This document shows positions 1-10,524 of a DNA stretch of 60,900 bases, in pieces. Source of the DNA: an uncultured Clostridium sp. (GTDB lineage Bacteria > Bacillota > Clostridia > TANB77 > CAG-508). Under the pieces are notes generated by a model, which saw only the letters and a program-made list of their open reading frames with translations, did not search any database and was not told where the DNA came from. Both the position numbers and the translations under genes were made by a program. Numbering within the stretch: position 1 is the stretch's first letter; every line of letters starts with the position of its first letter. The stretch covers positions 1 to 60,900 of the forward strand of contig CAZPKK010000003.1 of NCBI GenBank assembly GCA_964587175.1, in the 5' to 3' direction.

Positions 1-289
1 TTTTAAAATGCATATTAGTATGTTCTAATTGCCATAAAGAAATACATAGTAAGATAGGATATAAAAATATATAAATAGAAAGTCAAAAAGCAATATTTGA
101 ACTGCAACAACAAGAAAAAAAGCAAAATGATGAAAAATAGAATTTACTTTTATGTGAAATTGTAATATAATATTGCAAAATTTTAAAAGGAGTTAGTAAA
201 AAGTGGAAAGTATGATAAATAATACATTTATTGATTTATGAACTACATTGTTCAGGAGGATTAATAAAGTAATAAAAGGAGGAAAAATA

Positions 290-1024
290 ATGAAATTAAA
301 ACTTGTTGGAACAGGAGCAATTATAGGAAAAGAAAGAAGTGCTTGTTCATTAGTAGATGAAAAAATATTAATAGATTGTGGAAACGGAATTTTAAAAACG
401 CTTACAGAACAAGGAATTGATATAAATAATATAGAAGCAATATTAATTACGCATTTACATGCTGACCACTTTTTTGATTTGCCATTCTTTATCTTATTAA
501 AAAATATTTATAAGCCTCAGAAAGTAACAAAAATATATTGCCCAAAAGGAACTGAAAAAATAATAGAGCATTTAGGCAATGATTATGTAGCAGGGCAAGC
601 TAGTGTATTTGAAAATTGGAAAAATAATTCCAAAGTTGAATTTATTGAATTTGATGATTTAAAAGATGAAGAAATAGTGAAAGGTTATTATGCCGATTCG
701 TATATAGTAGAACATGGAGAGCAGAAACCAGCATATGGATATATAATTAGAAAAGAAAATAAGGCAATAGGATTTTCTGGGGATTCAACATATTGCGAAA
801 GCATTGATATAATTGTTCAAAACACAGATATAGCAGTATTAGATATGGCTTTTCCTCAAAGACATAAAGCTCACATGGGAGTGGATGACATTGAAATGGT
901 TAGCAATAAATTTAATAAAAAAATAGTTGCAACACATATGAGTAAACCAGCAAGAGAATTAGCCAAGATAAAAAATATCAAAAATCTAATAATACCAAAT
1001 GACGGAGATGAAATCGAAATTTAA
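290..1024 (+). CDS. MBL-fold metallo-hydrolase
   Basis: The HxHxDH motif is present (THLHADHF). GGAGG lies 8 nt upstream of ATG 290. The ORF track start at 248 has no SD. Confidence 0.75.
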   Translation: MKLKLVGTGAIIGKERSACSLVDEKILIDCGNGILKTLTEQGIDINNIEAILITHLHADHFFDLPFFILLKNIYKPQKVTKIYCPKGTEKIIEHLGNDYVAGQASVFENWKNNSKVEFIEFDDLKDEEIVKGYYADSYIVEHGEQKPAYGYIIRKENKAIGFSGDSTYCESIDIIVQNTDIAVLDMAFPQRHKAHMGVDDIEMVSNKFNKKIVATHMSKPARELAKIKNIKNLIIPNDGDEIEI

Positions 1025-1041
1025 AATTAATAATTATTAAT

Positions 1042-1268
1042 TTTCTTCCTGATGGAGAAAAATTGGTAGCAAGAGGTGAGAGTAAAGGAAGGATTGCTAA
1101 GACACCTGGAAAACTAGGAGGACTAACTTATGTTCCTATTTTTATTCCAGAGGGCTTTGATAAACCATTAAGCGATTTGGACGAAAAACTTATGAGTCTA
1201 CACATAATCATAGGGATTTATCAGTAAAACAATTACTAAAAGAATTAAAAAATAGAAATATGGCGTAA
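1042..1268 (+). pseudogene. rdgB: C-terminal relic of an RdgB/Ham1-type NTP pyrophosphatase
   Basis: The translation FLPDGEKLVARGESKGRIAKTPGKLGGLTYVPIFIPEGFDKPLSDLDEKL resembles the RdgB C-terminus (PRG..GFGYDPIF). After a frame change it continues NHRDLSVKQLLKELK. No N-terminal part and no start codon are present. Confidence 0.5.
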
Positions 1269-1318
1269 GAAATAAAAAGATATATATACAAATTTATCTA
1301 ATAGGAGCTAAATAAAAA

Positions 1319-1825
1319 TTGGAAAAATATGAATTAGTTGATGAAAATGGAAATAAAACAGGTAAAATTTTAACATATGACGAAATTTATAATCCTAAAA
1401 ATATACCAGATGACCATTACTTGCAAGTTGCAGGAGTTGTCATAATTAATGATGAGAACAAAATTTTACTCCAAAAACGTAGTAGATTTAAATTATCTAA
1501 TCCAGGTAAATGGGGAATATGTAGCGGAAAAGTAAATTTGGGTGAAACACCACTTATTGCTGCAATTCGTGAAACTTTAGAAGAAATAAATATCATTCTA
1601 AAAGAGAAAGAACTCAAGTTATTAAGTATCTATAAAAGTAAAAAAGCACGATATACAATATATTATGCTAGAAAAAATGTAGATATAAATCAATGTAAAA
1701 TACAAAAAGAGGAACTTGAAGAAATAAAATATTTTAATATTGAAGAATTAAAAGACTTGGACAATGATGGTTTTGAATGGATAGAAGACTTAAAAATAAC
1801 AAAAACTATTGACTTTATCACATAA
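1319..1825 (+). CDS. NUDIX hydrolase
   Basis: The Nudix box is present (GKVNLGETPLIAAIRETLEE). The start is TTG, preceded by GGAGC. Confidence 0.8.
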   Translation: MEKYELVDENGNKTGKILTYDEIYNPKNIPDDHYLQVAGVVIINDENKILLQKRSRFKLSNPGKWGICSGKVNLGETPLIAAIRETLEEINIILKEKELKLLSIYKSKKARYTIYYARKNVDINQCKIQKEELEEIKYFNIEELKDLDNDGFEWIEDLKITKTIDFIT

Positions 1826-1871
1826 TTTGTTGTACAATAGTTATGTCATATGTAAAAACTATATATAAGAC

Positions 1872-2152
1872 ACGATAAATAAATAAGCCTTTTTAGAGAA
1901 CTAGTGGTGGTGAGATGCTAGTAAGAAACTATTTATTTATTATCACTTATATGTTACTTAAATGAACGAGTATTTATATCAGAATATACTATTAGTTTAA
2001 GTCGTAAATCTGCGTTAAAGATATTTGAGAGAAAAGAATAATATAATTTGAATATTAAGCAAAGAATTAAACTACTAAAAATAATTCAAATAAATTCTTT
2101 TAAAATAGGTGGTACCGCGAAAAGACTTCGTCCTATATGGACGAAGTCTTTC
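1872..2152 (+). promoter_or_regulatory. T-box leader with Ile specifier, controlling ileS
   Basis: An AGAGA box lies near 1895. A candidate specifier AUC-A sits at 1942-1945. The T-box sequence GGTGGTACCGCG is at 2109-2120. A terminator stem aagacttcgtcc/ggacgaagtctt spans 2122-2150, immediately before ileS. Confidence 0.8.
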
Positions 2153-2178
2153 TAAATATATTACAAGGAGGTAAAATT

Positions 2179-4935
2179 ATGGAAAATGAAAAGAAAGATT
2201 ATAGTCAAACACTTAACTTACCAAAAACAGATTTTCCTATGAGAGGAAATCTACCTGAAAAAGAGCCAGGTATCTTAAAAGATGTTTTTGAAAATAGGCT
2301 TTATGAGAAAATTCTAAAGAAAAATGAGGGGCATACAAGTTTTGTACTTCATGATGGACCTCCATATGCAAATGGAGAGATACACGCAGGACATGCACTA
2401 AATAAAATTTTAAAAGATACAATAGTTAGATATAAGTCAATGAAAGGATTTTATTCAACATATGTGCCAGGATATGATACACATGGTATGCCAACAGAAA
2501 AAAAAGCTATTGAAAAATTAGGACTAGACAGAAGTAAAATACCCGTAACAGAATTTAGAAATACATGTCAAAGTTTCACAAAAGAATATAAAGACATACA
2601 AACAGAAGGCTTCAAACGCTTAGGAGTATTAGGTGATTGGAAAAATCCATATATTACTTATGACCCTAAAATGGAAGCTAGACAAATTGGTGTATTTGGA
2701 GATATGTATAAAAAAGGATATATATATAAAGGTCTAAAACCTGTTTATTGGTGTACTGATTGTGAGACAGCCTTAGCTGAAGCAGAAATTGAATATAAAG
2801 ATGTTGAATCTACATCTATTTATGTTAAATTTCCAGTTGTAGAAGGAAAAGGACTGTTAAATGATGAGGATACTTATATTGTAATATGGACAACAACTCC
2901 TTGGACATTACCTGGAAATATGGCAATTACTGTGGGGGCAGATTTTGAATATAACTTAATAAAGACAAATGTGGGTAATTTAGTTATAGCAAGTGATTTG
3001 GTAGAAAAAGTCATGAAAATAGCTGAGATAGAGGATTATAAAATATTAAAAACATTTAAAGGTGAAGAAATCAAAGGTGTGCAATGTAGACATCCTTTCT
3101 TAGAAAGAAACTCTGTGGTTGTATTAGGGTCAGAAGATGGGGTTAATGTTACATTAGAAGAAGGAACAGGAGCTGTTCATACTGCACCGGGTTATGGTAA
3201 AGAGGATTATGCTCAAAGCCTAAAAGATAATTTGGAAATAAAAGTTGTTGTAAATGACAAAGGCGTTCAAACAGACGAAGCAGGACCTTTTGCAGGAATG
3301 TATTATGCTAAATCTGATAAAGAAATAACAAAATGGCTTGAAGAAAATGGATATTTATTAAAGTCAGTAAAAATAACACACTCATATCCACATTGTTGGA
3401 GATGTAGAAATCCAATCATATTTAGAGCAACACCACAATGGTTTGCTTCAATAGATGGTTTTAGAGATGAAGTTTTGAAATCAATAAAAACAGTTAAATG
3501 GCATCCGGTATGGGGAGAAGAAAGAATAACTGAAATGATAAAAGGTAGAAACGATTGGTGTATATCTAGGCAACGTACTTGGGGAGTTCCACTTCCAATA
3601 TTTTATTGTGAGAATTGTGATGAAGCTTATGTAACAAAAGAATCTATTGAAAAAATTCAAGATATATTTGGAAAAGAAGGTTCAAATGCATGGTGGGCAA
3701 AAGAAGTGAAAGATTTACTACCAGAAGGTGCAAAATGTGAAAAATGTGGATGTACTCATTTCAAAAAAGAAACAGATATAATGGATGTTTGGTTTGACTC
3801 AGGATCAACACATCAAGGTGTTTTAGTAGAAAGAGGATTAAGTTATCCAGCAGACATGTACCTTGAAGGAAATGATCAGTATAGAGGATGGTTCCAATCA
3901 TCACTTCTTACGTCAGTTGCTACAAAAGGAATAGCACCATATAAAGAAGTTTTAACACATGGATTTGTTACAGATGGGCAAGGAAGAAAAATGTCAAAGA
4001 GTTTAGGAAATGGTGTATCTCCAATAGATGTGTGTAATAAATACGGAGCAGATATTCTAAGACTTTGGGTATTATCAGCTGATTATTCAATGGACGTAAA
4101 CTTATCTGATGATATATTAAAAGGGATATCAGATGTTTATAGAAAAATAAGAAATACTGCAAGATATATATTAGGAAATACAAGTGATTATAATCCAGAA
4201 AACCCAGTTGCTTATGAAGATTTAATGGAAATAGATAAATGGGCTTTAACAAGACTTAACAAATTAATTCGTGATTGCAATAAAGATTATGATGAATACA
4301 ATTTTGCAAATTGTTATCATGACATAAATCAGTTTTGTGTTGTAGATATGAGCAGTTTCTACTTAGATATAATAAAAGACAGATTATATACATCTAAAGC
4401 AGATTCAAAAGAAAGAAGAGCAGCTCAAACAGTGATGTATTATATACTTGATAGTTTAGTAAAAATGTTGACACCAATGACATCATTTACAGCAGAAGAA
4501 ATTTGGAAGGCAATGAAGCATACTGAAAAAGAAAATGTAGAAAGTCCAATGCTTACAGACTATCCAGCTCCAAATGATGAGTGGGACAATAAAAATCTTT
4601 CAGAAAAATGGAAAAAGATAATAAAATTAAAAGATATAGTTTCCAAAGAATTAGAGCTTGCAAGAACAAATAAGACAATTGGAAACTCGCTAGACGCAAA
4701 AGTTACAATATATGCAGAAAATGAAGAGTATTACTTCTTAAAAGAAAATGAAGATTTGATTAAATTAGTTTTAATAGTATCTGGATTAAAAATAGAAGAA
4801 AACAAACGTAAAGAAGAAAAAATCGGCATAAAAGTAGAACATGCAGATGGTGAAAAATGTGAAAGATGTTGGATGTATGAGGAACATACAGAAGATGGAT
4901 TATGTCAAAGATGTAGAGAAGTTTTAGAGAAATAG
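2179..4935 (+). CDS. ileS: Isoleucine--tRNA ligase
   Basis: Class I aaRS signatures are present: HAGH (HIGH-type) and KMSKS. A C-terminal Cys cluster is present. AGGAGG lies upstream of ATG 2179. Confidence 0.97.
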   Translation: MENEKKDYSQTLNLPKTDFPMRGNLPEKEPGILKDVFENRLYEKILKKNEGHTSFVLHDGPPYANGEIHAGHALNKILKDTIVRYKSMKGFYSTYVPGYDTHGMPTEKKAIEKLGLDRSKIPVTEFRNTCQSFTKEYKDIQTEGFKRLGVLGDWKNPYITYDPKMEARQIGVFGDMYKKGYIYKGLKPVYWCTDCETALAEAEIEYKDVESTSIYVKFPVVEGKGLLNDEDTYIVIWTTTPWTLPGNMAITVGADFEYNLIKTNVGNLVIASDLVEKVMKIAEIEDYKILKTFKGEEIKGVQCRHPFLERNSVVVLGSEDGVNVTLEEGTGAVHTAPGYGKEDYAQSLKDNLEIKVVVNDKGVQTDEAGPFAGMYYAKSDKEITKWLEENGYLLKSVKITHSYPHCWRCRNPIIFRATPQWFASIDGFRDEVLKSIKTVKWHPVWGEERITEMIKGRNDWCISRQRTWGVPLPIFYCENCDEAYVTKESIEKIQDIFGKEGSNAWWAKEVKDLLPEGAKCEKCGCTHFKKETDIMDVWFDSGSTHQGVLVERGLSYPADMYLEGNDQYRGWFQSSLLTSVATKGIAPYKEVLTHGFVTDGQGRKMSKSLGNGVSPIDVCNKYGADILRLWVLSADYSMDVNLSDDILKGISDVYRKIRNTARYILGNTSDYNPENPVAYEDLMEIDKWALTRLNKLIRDCNKDYDEYNFANCYHDINQFCVVDMSSFYLDIIKDRLYTSKADSKERRAAQTVMYYILDSLVKMLTPMTSFTAEEIWKAMKHTEKENVESPMLTDYPAPNDEWDNKNLSEKWKKIIKLKDIVSKELELARTNKTIGNSLDAKVTIYAENEEYYFLKENEDLIKLVLIVSGLKIEENKRKEEKIGIKVEHADGEKCERCWMYEEHTEDGLCQRCREVLEK

Positions 4936-4943
4936 CTAAAATC

Positions 4944-4992
4944 CAGTGAAATTTGGTAGTAGACTTAAAAGTCTGCTACCTGAAATTCACTA
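4944..4992 (+). terminator. Long imperfect hairpin after ileS
   Basis: The arms cagtgaaatttggtagtagact / agtctgctacctgaaattcactag pair with G-U pairs. There is no clear U-tract. Confidence 0.35.
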
Positions 4993-5038
4993 GTATCATA
5001 TATCGAGCCTTCACAATAAAAGATGAATTATAATAAAA

Positions 5039-5130
5039 GGAGTGATATCGAAGTGGTCATAACGAGCTGCACTGGAACTGCAGTACCCTCACCTTGGGGG
5101 CCGTGGGTTCGAATCCCACTCACTCCGCCA
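5039..5130 (+). tRNA. tRNA-Ser(GGA)
   Basis: The acceptor pairs ggagtga/tcactcc. The anticodon loop is ctGGAac. It has a long variable arm, a T-arm gtgggttcgaatcccac, and an encoded CCA. Confidence 0.9.
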
Positions 5131-5134
5131 ATTA

Positions 5135-5163
5135 AAAAATTCTCAATATAGAGAATTTTTTTT
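5135..5163 (+). terminator. Intrinsic terminator after tRNA-Ser
   Basis: Stem aattctc/gagaatt followed by a T8 run. Confidence 0.6.
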
Positions 5164-5272
5164 GATATATACACATAATTTACTATTGTAATATTTTTAT
5201 AAAAATGATAAAATTATGAGGAATTTAAGAAAGAAAACTAATATATTTAATTTTATATAGGAGGGGGATAAT

Positions 5273-6256
5273 TTGAATATCTTAGATATTTGTCAACAAT
5301 TAACAAAAGAAGTTCCAATGAATCAAATATATATAAATGAACCAATGAGTAAGCATACTACATTCAAAGTTGGAGGAAAAGCAGATATATTCATAAAAAT
5401 AAAAAATATAAAAGAGCTAAAACATGTTATTGCTATATCAGATAGGAATAATGTATGTTTAACAATTATAGGAAATGGAAGTAATATTCTAGTTAAAGAT
5501 AATGGAATACGAGGGATAGTAGTGCAAACAGATTTTAAAGGGATAAACATAGAGAAAACTGCTGAAAATAATGCAATTGTGACAGTAGGAGCAGGGGTAA
5601 ATCTTGCAAACTTAGCCCATGTATTACAAAAAAATGGAATAACTGGTTTTGAATTTGCTTCTGGAATACCGGGAACAGTTGGTGGGGCTGTAAAAATGAA
5701 TGCTGGAGCATATGGATCTGAAATGAAAGATATAGTATTAAGTACAAAATGCCTTGATTTAAATAAAAATAATATACCCCCAAGAAGAACAAACATTGAT
5801 GATATTGAAATCGTTGAACCACCTAAAGATCCTGAAATTATAGAGTTAAGTAACGAAGAACAAAAATTTACTTATAGGGACAGTGCATTTTCTGATAAAA
5901 AATATATCATTTTAGAAACAAAATTAAAATTATCATATGGAAATACAGATGATATAAAAAATAAAATGGAAGAAATATCAAAAAATAGAAGAGAAAGGCA
6001 GCCAAATTTGCCAAGTGCAGGAAGCACATTCAAACGTGGAAAAGATTATATAACAGCCAAACTTATTGATGAATGTGGTTTAAAAGGATATACAATTGGA
6101 GGAGCACAAGTTTCAGAAAAGCATGCGGGTTTTATAATAAATACCGGAAATGCTACTGCACAAGATATACTAGATTTAATTGAATACATAAAAAAGGTAG
6201 TTTACGAAAAAACTGGAAAGAATATTGATTTAGAAATAGAAATAATAGGTGAATAA
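5273..6256 (+). CDS. murB: UDP-N-acetylenolpyruvoylglucosamine reductase
   Basis: The N-terminus is MurB-like (PMSKHTTFKVGGKAD) with a FAD-binding domain, and GSTFKRG is near the C-terminus. The start is TTG after GGAGGGGG. Confidence 0.9.
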   Translation: MNILDICQQLTKEVPMNQIYINEPMSKHTTFKVGGKADIFIKIKNIKELKHVIAISDRNNVCLTIIGNGSNILVKDNGIRGIVVQTDFKGINIEKTAENNAIVTVGAGVNLANLAHVLQKNGITGFEFASGIPGTVGGAVKMNAGAYGSEMKDIVLSTKCLDLNKNNIPPRRTNIDDIEIVEPPKDPEIIELSNEEQKFTYRDSAFSDKKYIILETKLKLSYGNTDDIKNKMEEISKNRRERQPNLPSAGSTFKRGKDYITAKLIDECGLKGYTIGGAQVSEKHAGFIINTGNATAQDILDLIEYIKKVVYEKTGKNIDLEIEIIGE

Positions 6257-6350
6257 TCTTAAAAATAGTAAAATTAAAAGTTAAAAATATTATAAGCTTG
6301 TTTATATAGTTAAAAATATATAACAATATAAAAGAAAGGAAAATCTCAAA

Positions 6351-7862
6351 ATGAAAGGTTTTTTCAAATGGTTTAAATCCAATACTAGGATAAAAAGATG
6401 GATATTACTCACTATAATCGGAATAATTCTTTGTTGCTATGGAATGGCAGAAATACTAACTAGTAGGCAATTAGAATTTATAAATTTAGCTAAAATAGTA
6501 GCAATATTTGTTGTGGGATTTATATGTATTATATATAGTATTGTGGCAATACAGAGGAGAACACTTGAAATATTAGTGCAAGATACAGATAAAAGAATGC
6601 AAAGCGAAAATTCAAATGTAAAGACACTTATATTTAATAAAAGAGTATATAATCAAGGACCTAAGATTGTAGTAATTGGTGGTGGCACAGGTTTAAATTC
6701 AGTACTAAGGGGATTAAAAAACTATACAGATAATATTACTGCAATTGTTACTGTGTCAGATTATGGAGAAAAAAAGACAGAATCAAGTAAAACTCTTGAG
6801 ACTTTACCATTAGATGACATAAAAGAAAGTATAGTTGCACTTTCTGACCAAGAAGAAGAAATGGAAAGCTTGATGAATGTTGAGTTTAAATATGGAAAAC
6901 TTAAGAATTTATCTTTTTGTGATATATACTTTTTGGCAATGGAAGAACTATATAAAGATTTTGCCGAAGCAGTTAAACAATCAGAAAAGATTCTTAACAT
7001 GACTGGGAAAGTTTTACCAGTAACAATGGAGGAAGTAAAAATATGTGCAGAATTAGAAGATGGTACAGTAATAGAAAGCAAGAAAAAGATACCAGAGGTA
7101 ATAAACAATAAAACCTGTAAGATAAGTAGAGTATTTATAAATCCGTCAAACTGTAGACCAGCACCAGGTGTTATAGATGCTATTATGGAAGCTGATGCTA
7201 TTGTAATTGGACCAGGAAGTTTGTATACTAATGTAATACCAAACTTGCTAGTAAAGGGAGTTGCAAAAGCTATAAAAGAAAGTAAGGCTTTTAAATTATA
7301 TGTGAGTAATTTAATGACAGAACCTGGACAAACAGATAACTATACTTTATCAGAACATATTAAAGCTATAAATGATCATGCTGGAAAGGGAGTTATTGAA
7401 TATTGTTTATATGACACAGGAGAAATAATCCCTGAATATATAAGAAAATACAATATGGAAGGCTCTGAACTAGTTGAACAAGATGTATCTAAAGTAAAAG
7501 TAGAAGGAGTATATCTCATTCAAAGAAATTTATCACATATAGAAAATGGATATATACGACATAATCCAGATGCTATTGCTGCATCTATAATACAATTAAT
7601 ATGTGATGATTTAAAATTTAATAATATGGAAAATAATGCACAATATATGATGCTTAATAGTAAGTTAAAAGATAATAAGAAATCATTAAAAGAGAAAGCA
7701 AAAGAAAACAGGGAAAAAATGAAAGAAGTGAAAGGTAAGAGGATGAAACGTGGACAAAGTAAATTTTATGAAAAATATAATGATAGAATACAGTCTATAA
7801 AAGAATCTGATTTAAAACAAAAACAAAAAGAGAAAATGTTGAAAAACAAAAATAAACTATAA
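6351..7862 (+). CDS. YvcK/CofD-family (UPF0052) protein with N-terminal TM segments and a Lys-rich tail
   Basis: The YvcK signature VVIGGGTGLNSVLRGLKNYTDNITAIVTVSD is present. The N-terminal ~70 aa are hydrophobic. The C-terminal ~80 aa are K/E-rich. Confidence 0.7.
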   Translation: MKGFFKWFKSNTRIKRWILLTIIGIILCCYGMAEILTSRQLEFINLAKIVAIFVVGFICIIYSIVAIQRRTLEILVQDTDKRMQSENSNVKTLIFNKRVYNQGPKIVVIGGGTGLNSVLRGLKNYTDNITAIVTVSDYGEKKTESSKTLETLPLDDIKESIVALSDQEEEMESLMNVEFKYGKLKNLSFCDIYFLAMEELYKDFAEAVKQSEKILNMTGKVLPVTMEEVKICAELEDGTVIESKKKIPEVINNKTCKISRVFINPSNCRPAPGVIDAIMEADAIVIGPGSLYTNVIPNLLVKGVAKAIKESKAFKLYVSNLMTEPGQTDNYTLSEHIKAINDHAGKGVIEYCLYDTGEIIPEYIRKYNMEGSELVEQDVSKVKVEGVYLIQRNLSHIENGYIRHNPDAIAASIIQLICDDLKFNNMENNAQYMMLNSKLKDNKKSLKEKAKENREKMKEVKGKRMKRGQSKFYEKYNDRIQSIKESDLKQKQKEKMLKNKNKL

Positions 7863-7914
7863 ATCTTAAATCTATAAGCATTATTTGAAAACGATTAAAA
7901 ATGGAGGAAAACAA

Positions 7915-9943
7915 ATGAAATTTGAAAAAGAAAAAATATCTTTGGAAGAAGGACTAAAGAAGGAATGGCTAATAACAAATGGAATAGGAGGATATAGTAG
8001 TTCTACAATAATAGGTGCAAATACTCGTAAATATCATGGACTTTTAATAGCTCCATTAATGCCACCTGGTAACAGACAAGTCATACTATCCAAACTTGAT
8101 GAGAGCATAAACGTAGAAGGAAAAACTTATAATTTATATACTAACATTTGTAAAAACTATATTTCAGATGGATATAAACATTTAATAAGTTTTGAAAAAG
8201 AATACATACCAATTTTTACCTATCAGATAGAAGATATAGCCATAAAAAAATTTATCTGCATGGAACATGGAAAAAATACAGTAGCAGTTTATTATTATAT
8301 AAAAAATAGTGAAAAAAGAGCAAGATTAACAATAGCACCAATAATAAATTTCAGAGGTTTTCATACAACCAATACAAGTGAACATTTTGAATTGAAACAA
8401 GAAATAGAAGGTAATAAAATCAAAATAATATTTGGTGATAATTCTCAAAATCCTATTTATACATTTTTATCAGAAGGTCAATATACACAACATAATAATG
8501 ATATTTTTAGAGATATGTACTATATCGAAGAAGAAAAAAGAGGTCAATCAGCAATAGAAAATCATGCTGTGCCAGGAGTATATGAAGTAGAAATTCAGCC
8601 AAATGAAGAAAAATACATAACTTTTATTTGTTCATTAGAACAAAATATAGAGGAACTTGATGCTAAAGATTTAATAAATAAAGAAATTATAAGACTTAGT
8701 ACTCTTATATACAATACAGATTATTTAGATGAAAAAAAGAAAGAGTCAAAAAATCAAGATTATATTAATTTTGTCAAAAATTTTGTAATTGCAACAGATA
8801 ATTTTGTTGCATATAGACCATCTTTTGCCTTATATACAATACTTGCAGGTTATCACTGGTTTTTAGATTGGGGAAGAGACTTATTGATTTCATTTGAAGG
8901 AATATTGTTAAAAAACAAAAGATTTGAAGAAGCAAAAGAAGTGTTATTAACATGTATTCGTGATATAAAATTTGGATTGGTTCCAAATCGGATATTCTGG
9001 ATATGATGGAAGGCCACTATATAATAGTGTAGATGCTTCATTGCTATTATTTGAGGAAGTAAAAAAGTTTTTAACATATACAAATGAATATGAATGGGTA
9101 AGAGAAAACATATATCCTTCACTTTTGAGAATAATGAATGCATATCAAGATAGAATTGATATAGATGGAAATAATATATATATGGACAAAGATTATTTGA
9201 TTTCATCTGGAACAGAGAATATACAAAACACATGGATGGATGCTAAGATAGGTGACTTTGTTGTTACTCCTAGAAACGGAAAAGCAGTAGAAGTAAATAG
9301 TATGTGGTACAATGCCTTAAAAATAATGGAAGAATTAACTATACTGATGAAAGGAAAAGATGAAGCTAAAAAATATGAAAACTTAGCAAAGAAATGTAAA
9401 AAAAGCTTTAATGAAAAATTTTATAACAAAAGAAGAAAATGTTTGTATGACGTATTAGGAGATTCTAGAATTAGGCCAAATCAGTTATTTGCTACAGCAT
9501 TATCATATCAGGTACTAGATGTTACATCAGATGAAGCAAAGGAAATGCTTAATACAGTAGAGAAGAAATTACTTACACCGTATGGATTAAGGACATTAGC
9601 AAAAGGAGACCCAGGATATAGAGAAAGATATGAAGGGGATATGATAAAAAGAGACATGAGTTATCATCAAGGAATTATATGGCCATGGCTCTTAGGACTA
9701 TACTATGATACATTAAGAAATATGATAAAGGCAGAGAAAAATAAGGCAAGTAAAAAGGCACTAGAAAATAAACTTAATGATTTTAGGGAAAATGTAAAGA
9801 AAACATTTATAAAAGAAATGAATGAAGGAGAAAGTGTAGGAAGTATTTGCGAAATATATGACATAGAAAATAAAAAATATATGCCACAAGGAGCAAAATT
9901 CCAAGCTTGGAGTGTAGGAGAAATATTTAGGATAATTATCTGA
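7915..9943 (+). pseudogene. Glycogen debranching enzyme (amylo-alpha-1,6-glucosidase family), frameshifted
   Basis: Two ORFs (7885-9006 and 8972-9943) read through as ...GLVPNR / YSGYDGRPLYNSVDASLL, which is one conserved GDE motif. The frames switch at about 8990-8993. Confidence 0.75.
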
Positions 9944-9992
9944 AACAAAGGGATGGTTCTATTGTTTCAGGAAAGATAAAGGAGAAAGAAAA

Positions 9993-10479
9993 ATGAGAAT
10001 CTTAGGGATTGATCCGGGGTTTGCAATAACACGGATATAGCGTAATAGATTACATTGGGAATAAATTTAAATTGGTGACATCTGGAGCAATCTTAACAAA
10101 AGCAGGCGAGTCTTTTCCTTTAAGATTACTCAAAATAAATAATGATTTAGAAAATATAATAGATACATATAAACCAGATGCAATTTCTGTTGAAGAGTTA
10201 TTTTTTAATAATAATGCAAAAACTGCAATAAATGTTGCACAAGCTAGAGGTGTGATATTGGTAATTGGTTGCAAAAAAAATATACCAACTTATGAATATA
10301 CTCCACTTCAAATAAAACAAGCTGTTGTTGGTTATGGAAGAGCAGATAAAATACAAGTGCAAAAAATGGTAAAAACGATTTTAGGAGTAGATAAGCTTCC
10401 TAAATTAGATGATACAACAGATAGTATGGCTGCTGCAATATGCCATGCACATTCATCAAAATTTGCAGTAAAACTTTAA
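9993..10479 (+). pseudogene. ruvC: Crossover junction endodeoxyribonuclease RuvC, frameshifted
   Basis: MRILGIDPGFAIT from ATG 9993 stops at 10038. The next frame continues GYSVIDYIGNKFKLVTSG...EELFFNNNAKTAINVAQARGV...ICHAHS. One extra nucleotide sits near 10032. Confidence 0.85.
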
Positions 10480-10524
10480 GCTTTGTGTCATACAGAGTCC
10501 TTTGACACAAAAAGGAGATGAAAT

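Noticed and set aside
5755-5850. A possible ~20-aa Pro-rich insertion in MurB (..NKNNIPPRRTNIDDIEIVEPPKDPEII..).
   Set aside because: I cannot judge this without an alignment. Loop-length variation at this position is plausible, and I have no evidence of functional significance.
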